A stretch of 63,116 nucleotides of DNA, filler included. It is 7 parts of 7 records of this genome, joined end to end, with 100 filler letters (N's around TTAATTAATTAA, not from the genome) between each part and the next. Parts side by side here need not be neighbours in the genome. Positions count along the whole stretch, not along the records: positions 57,969 to 63,116 come from SRR31156797_673; 6 more parts are not named here. One strand, written 5' to 3'. The notes below the pieces were generated by a model. It had not been told where the DNA came from, ran no database searches, and saw only the letters and a list, made by a program, of their open reading frames with translations. Shown here in pieces: positions 62,078 to 63,116 of the stretch. How positions within the stretch are numbered: the first letter of the stretch is position 1; each line of letters starts with the position of its first letter. The position numbers and the translations under genes were made by a program.

Positions 62078-63052
62078 TTATTTTCTCATTATTTTTTCCC
62101 ATTGTTTTAGCCAAGTAGTTAAGTTGTTTGTTACATCTGTACTACTAACTGTTAATGGCATATCGATTTTTTCCGCGTGTTTAAATACATCAGGCAGCTC
62201 AACATTTGTTACAGGGAACATCCATTGGTTTAATGGAATTTCCTTTTGGAATGAATCCGAAAGAACATATTCAACAAATGCTAATGCCATTGGGTCAACT
62301 TTTTTCTTGTTAACTACTGCAGCACCTTCTACTTGAACGAATCCACCCTCTTCAGGAATTAAAGCTTTGTATTTCGTTCCACCATAATAATGATGAGAGT
62401 AAGCACCATCAGTTGCATAACTTACCATCATAGGAGCTTCACCAGCTTCAAATTTACCAAATGCTTCCCCCCAACCTGGAGTAACTGTTAAAATAGCTGG
62501 TTTTAGTTCTTTCCAGAACTCCTGCCATTTATCACCATAAATTGCAATTGTCCAAAGTAAGAAATCTTGTCCTGTTGTTGATGTTCTAGGATCTTGTATG
62601 ATTAGACCTTTTTTGATATTTTTAATATCTTCAAATGAAGTTGGTACAGAGTTCATTTTTTCCGGATCATAGATAATAGCAAGTCCACCAAAATCAAATG
62701 TAGTTGCATAATATTCTGAATCAATTACATATTCATCTTTGGCAATTAATTTACTGTTTAATGGTTTGAATTTCATAAGTAAGTTTTCTTTTTTTGCATT
62801 TGCAAGAGTTGCCTGACTTAGTCCGATTACAACATCAGCTTTTGGTCTTCTTTTTTCTAATAATAATCTCGAAGTGATCTTAGCCGCTCCATCAAATTTA
62901 ACTAATTTAACATTTACACCATACTCTTTTTCAAAACCTTCAATTACAGTTTTCTCCATCCACTTCATTGAATCTGGTGCATAAATTACTAGATCCTTTG
63001 CATATAACGCAAATGAAACTAGTGTTAGCATAATAGCTAATAATTTTTTCAT
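62078..63052 (-). CDS. thiB: Thiamine ABC transporter substrate-binding protein
   Basis: PKADVVIG, QDPRTSTTG, GWGEAFG.F..GE..M.VSYATD, QVEG, NQWMFPV; AGGAGG RBS. Confidence 0.92.
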   Translation of the reverse strand: MKKLLAIMLTLVSFALYAKDLVIYAPDSMKWMEKTVIEGFEKEYGVNVKLVKFDGAAKITSRLLLEKRRPKADVVIGLSQATLANAKKENLLMKFKPLNSKLIAKDEYVIDSEYYATTFDFGGLAIIYDPEKMNSVPTSFEDIKNIKKGLIIQDPRTSTTGQDFLLWTIAIYGDKWQEFWKELKPAILTVTPGWGEAFGKFEAGEAPMMVSYATDGAYSHHYYGGTKYKALIPEEGGFVQVEGAAVVNKKKVDPMALAFVEYVLSDSFQKEIPLNQWMFPVTNVELPDVFKHAEKIDMPLTVSSTDVTNNLTTWLKQWEKIMRK

Positions 63053-63116
63053 AGTTCTCCTCCTGGGTTTTATTTTATTTATTTTTAATCTATATAAATT
63101 TTAATTAGTTTCTTAT

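Overview
The window is not one locus. It is seven contigs joined by six identical 100-bp artificial spacers (N44-TTAATTAATTAA-N44), and gene content and composition suggest at least three organisms (inference, not verified). Contigs 1 (1-8172) and 5 (40377-50972) look Bacteroidales-like. Contigs 2 (8273-14466) and 6 (51073-57868) look like a moderate-GC Gram-negative FCB-type bacterium. Contigs 3, 4 and 7 look like a very AT-rich diderm anaerobe, possibly an environmental Fusobacteriota. Most genes are housekeeping: ruvB, queG, rng, ppiD-like, glmS, mannitol-type PTS, pgi, mntP, lysA, lysC, gdhA, rho, nifJ, trxA, nadE, comEC, rnhB, lepB, thiB/thiP. RNA elements read from the sequence are two partial tRNAs (Met-CAT, Ser-GGA), a glmS ribozyme and a lysine riboswitch with its terminator. 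Three different REP-like palindromic elements are also present. No CRISPR array, transposase, integrase or prophage gene was seen. The best leads are: (1) a soluble [FeFe]-hydrogenase-like/MCP fusion, a candidate H2 chemoreceptor, with a perfect sigma70 promoter and a 19-bp AT-only leader hairpin; (2) a receiver-like/PPDK-N 'dikinase' lacking the pyruvate domain, directly upstream of gdhA; (3) an RNase HII-YraN nuclease fusion; (4) an entirely cysteine-free ArsC/LMW-PTP homolog paired with an HExxH lipoprotein peptidase; (5) a ribozyme-controlled glmS divergent from an mtlD-less mannitol-family PTS/regulator/pgi cluster. None of these can be shown to be novel without database searches.
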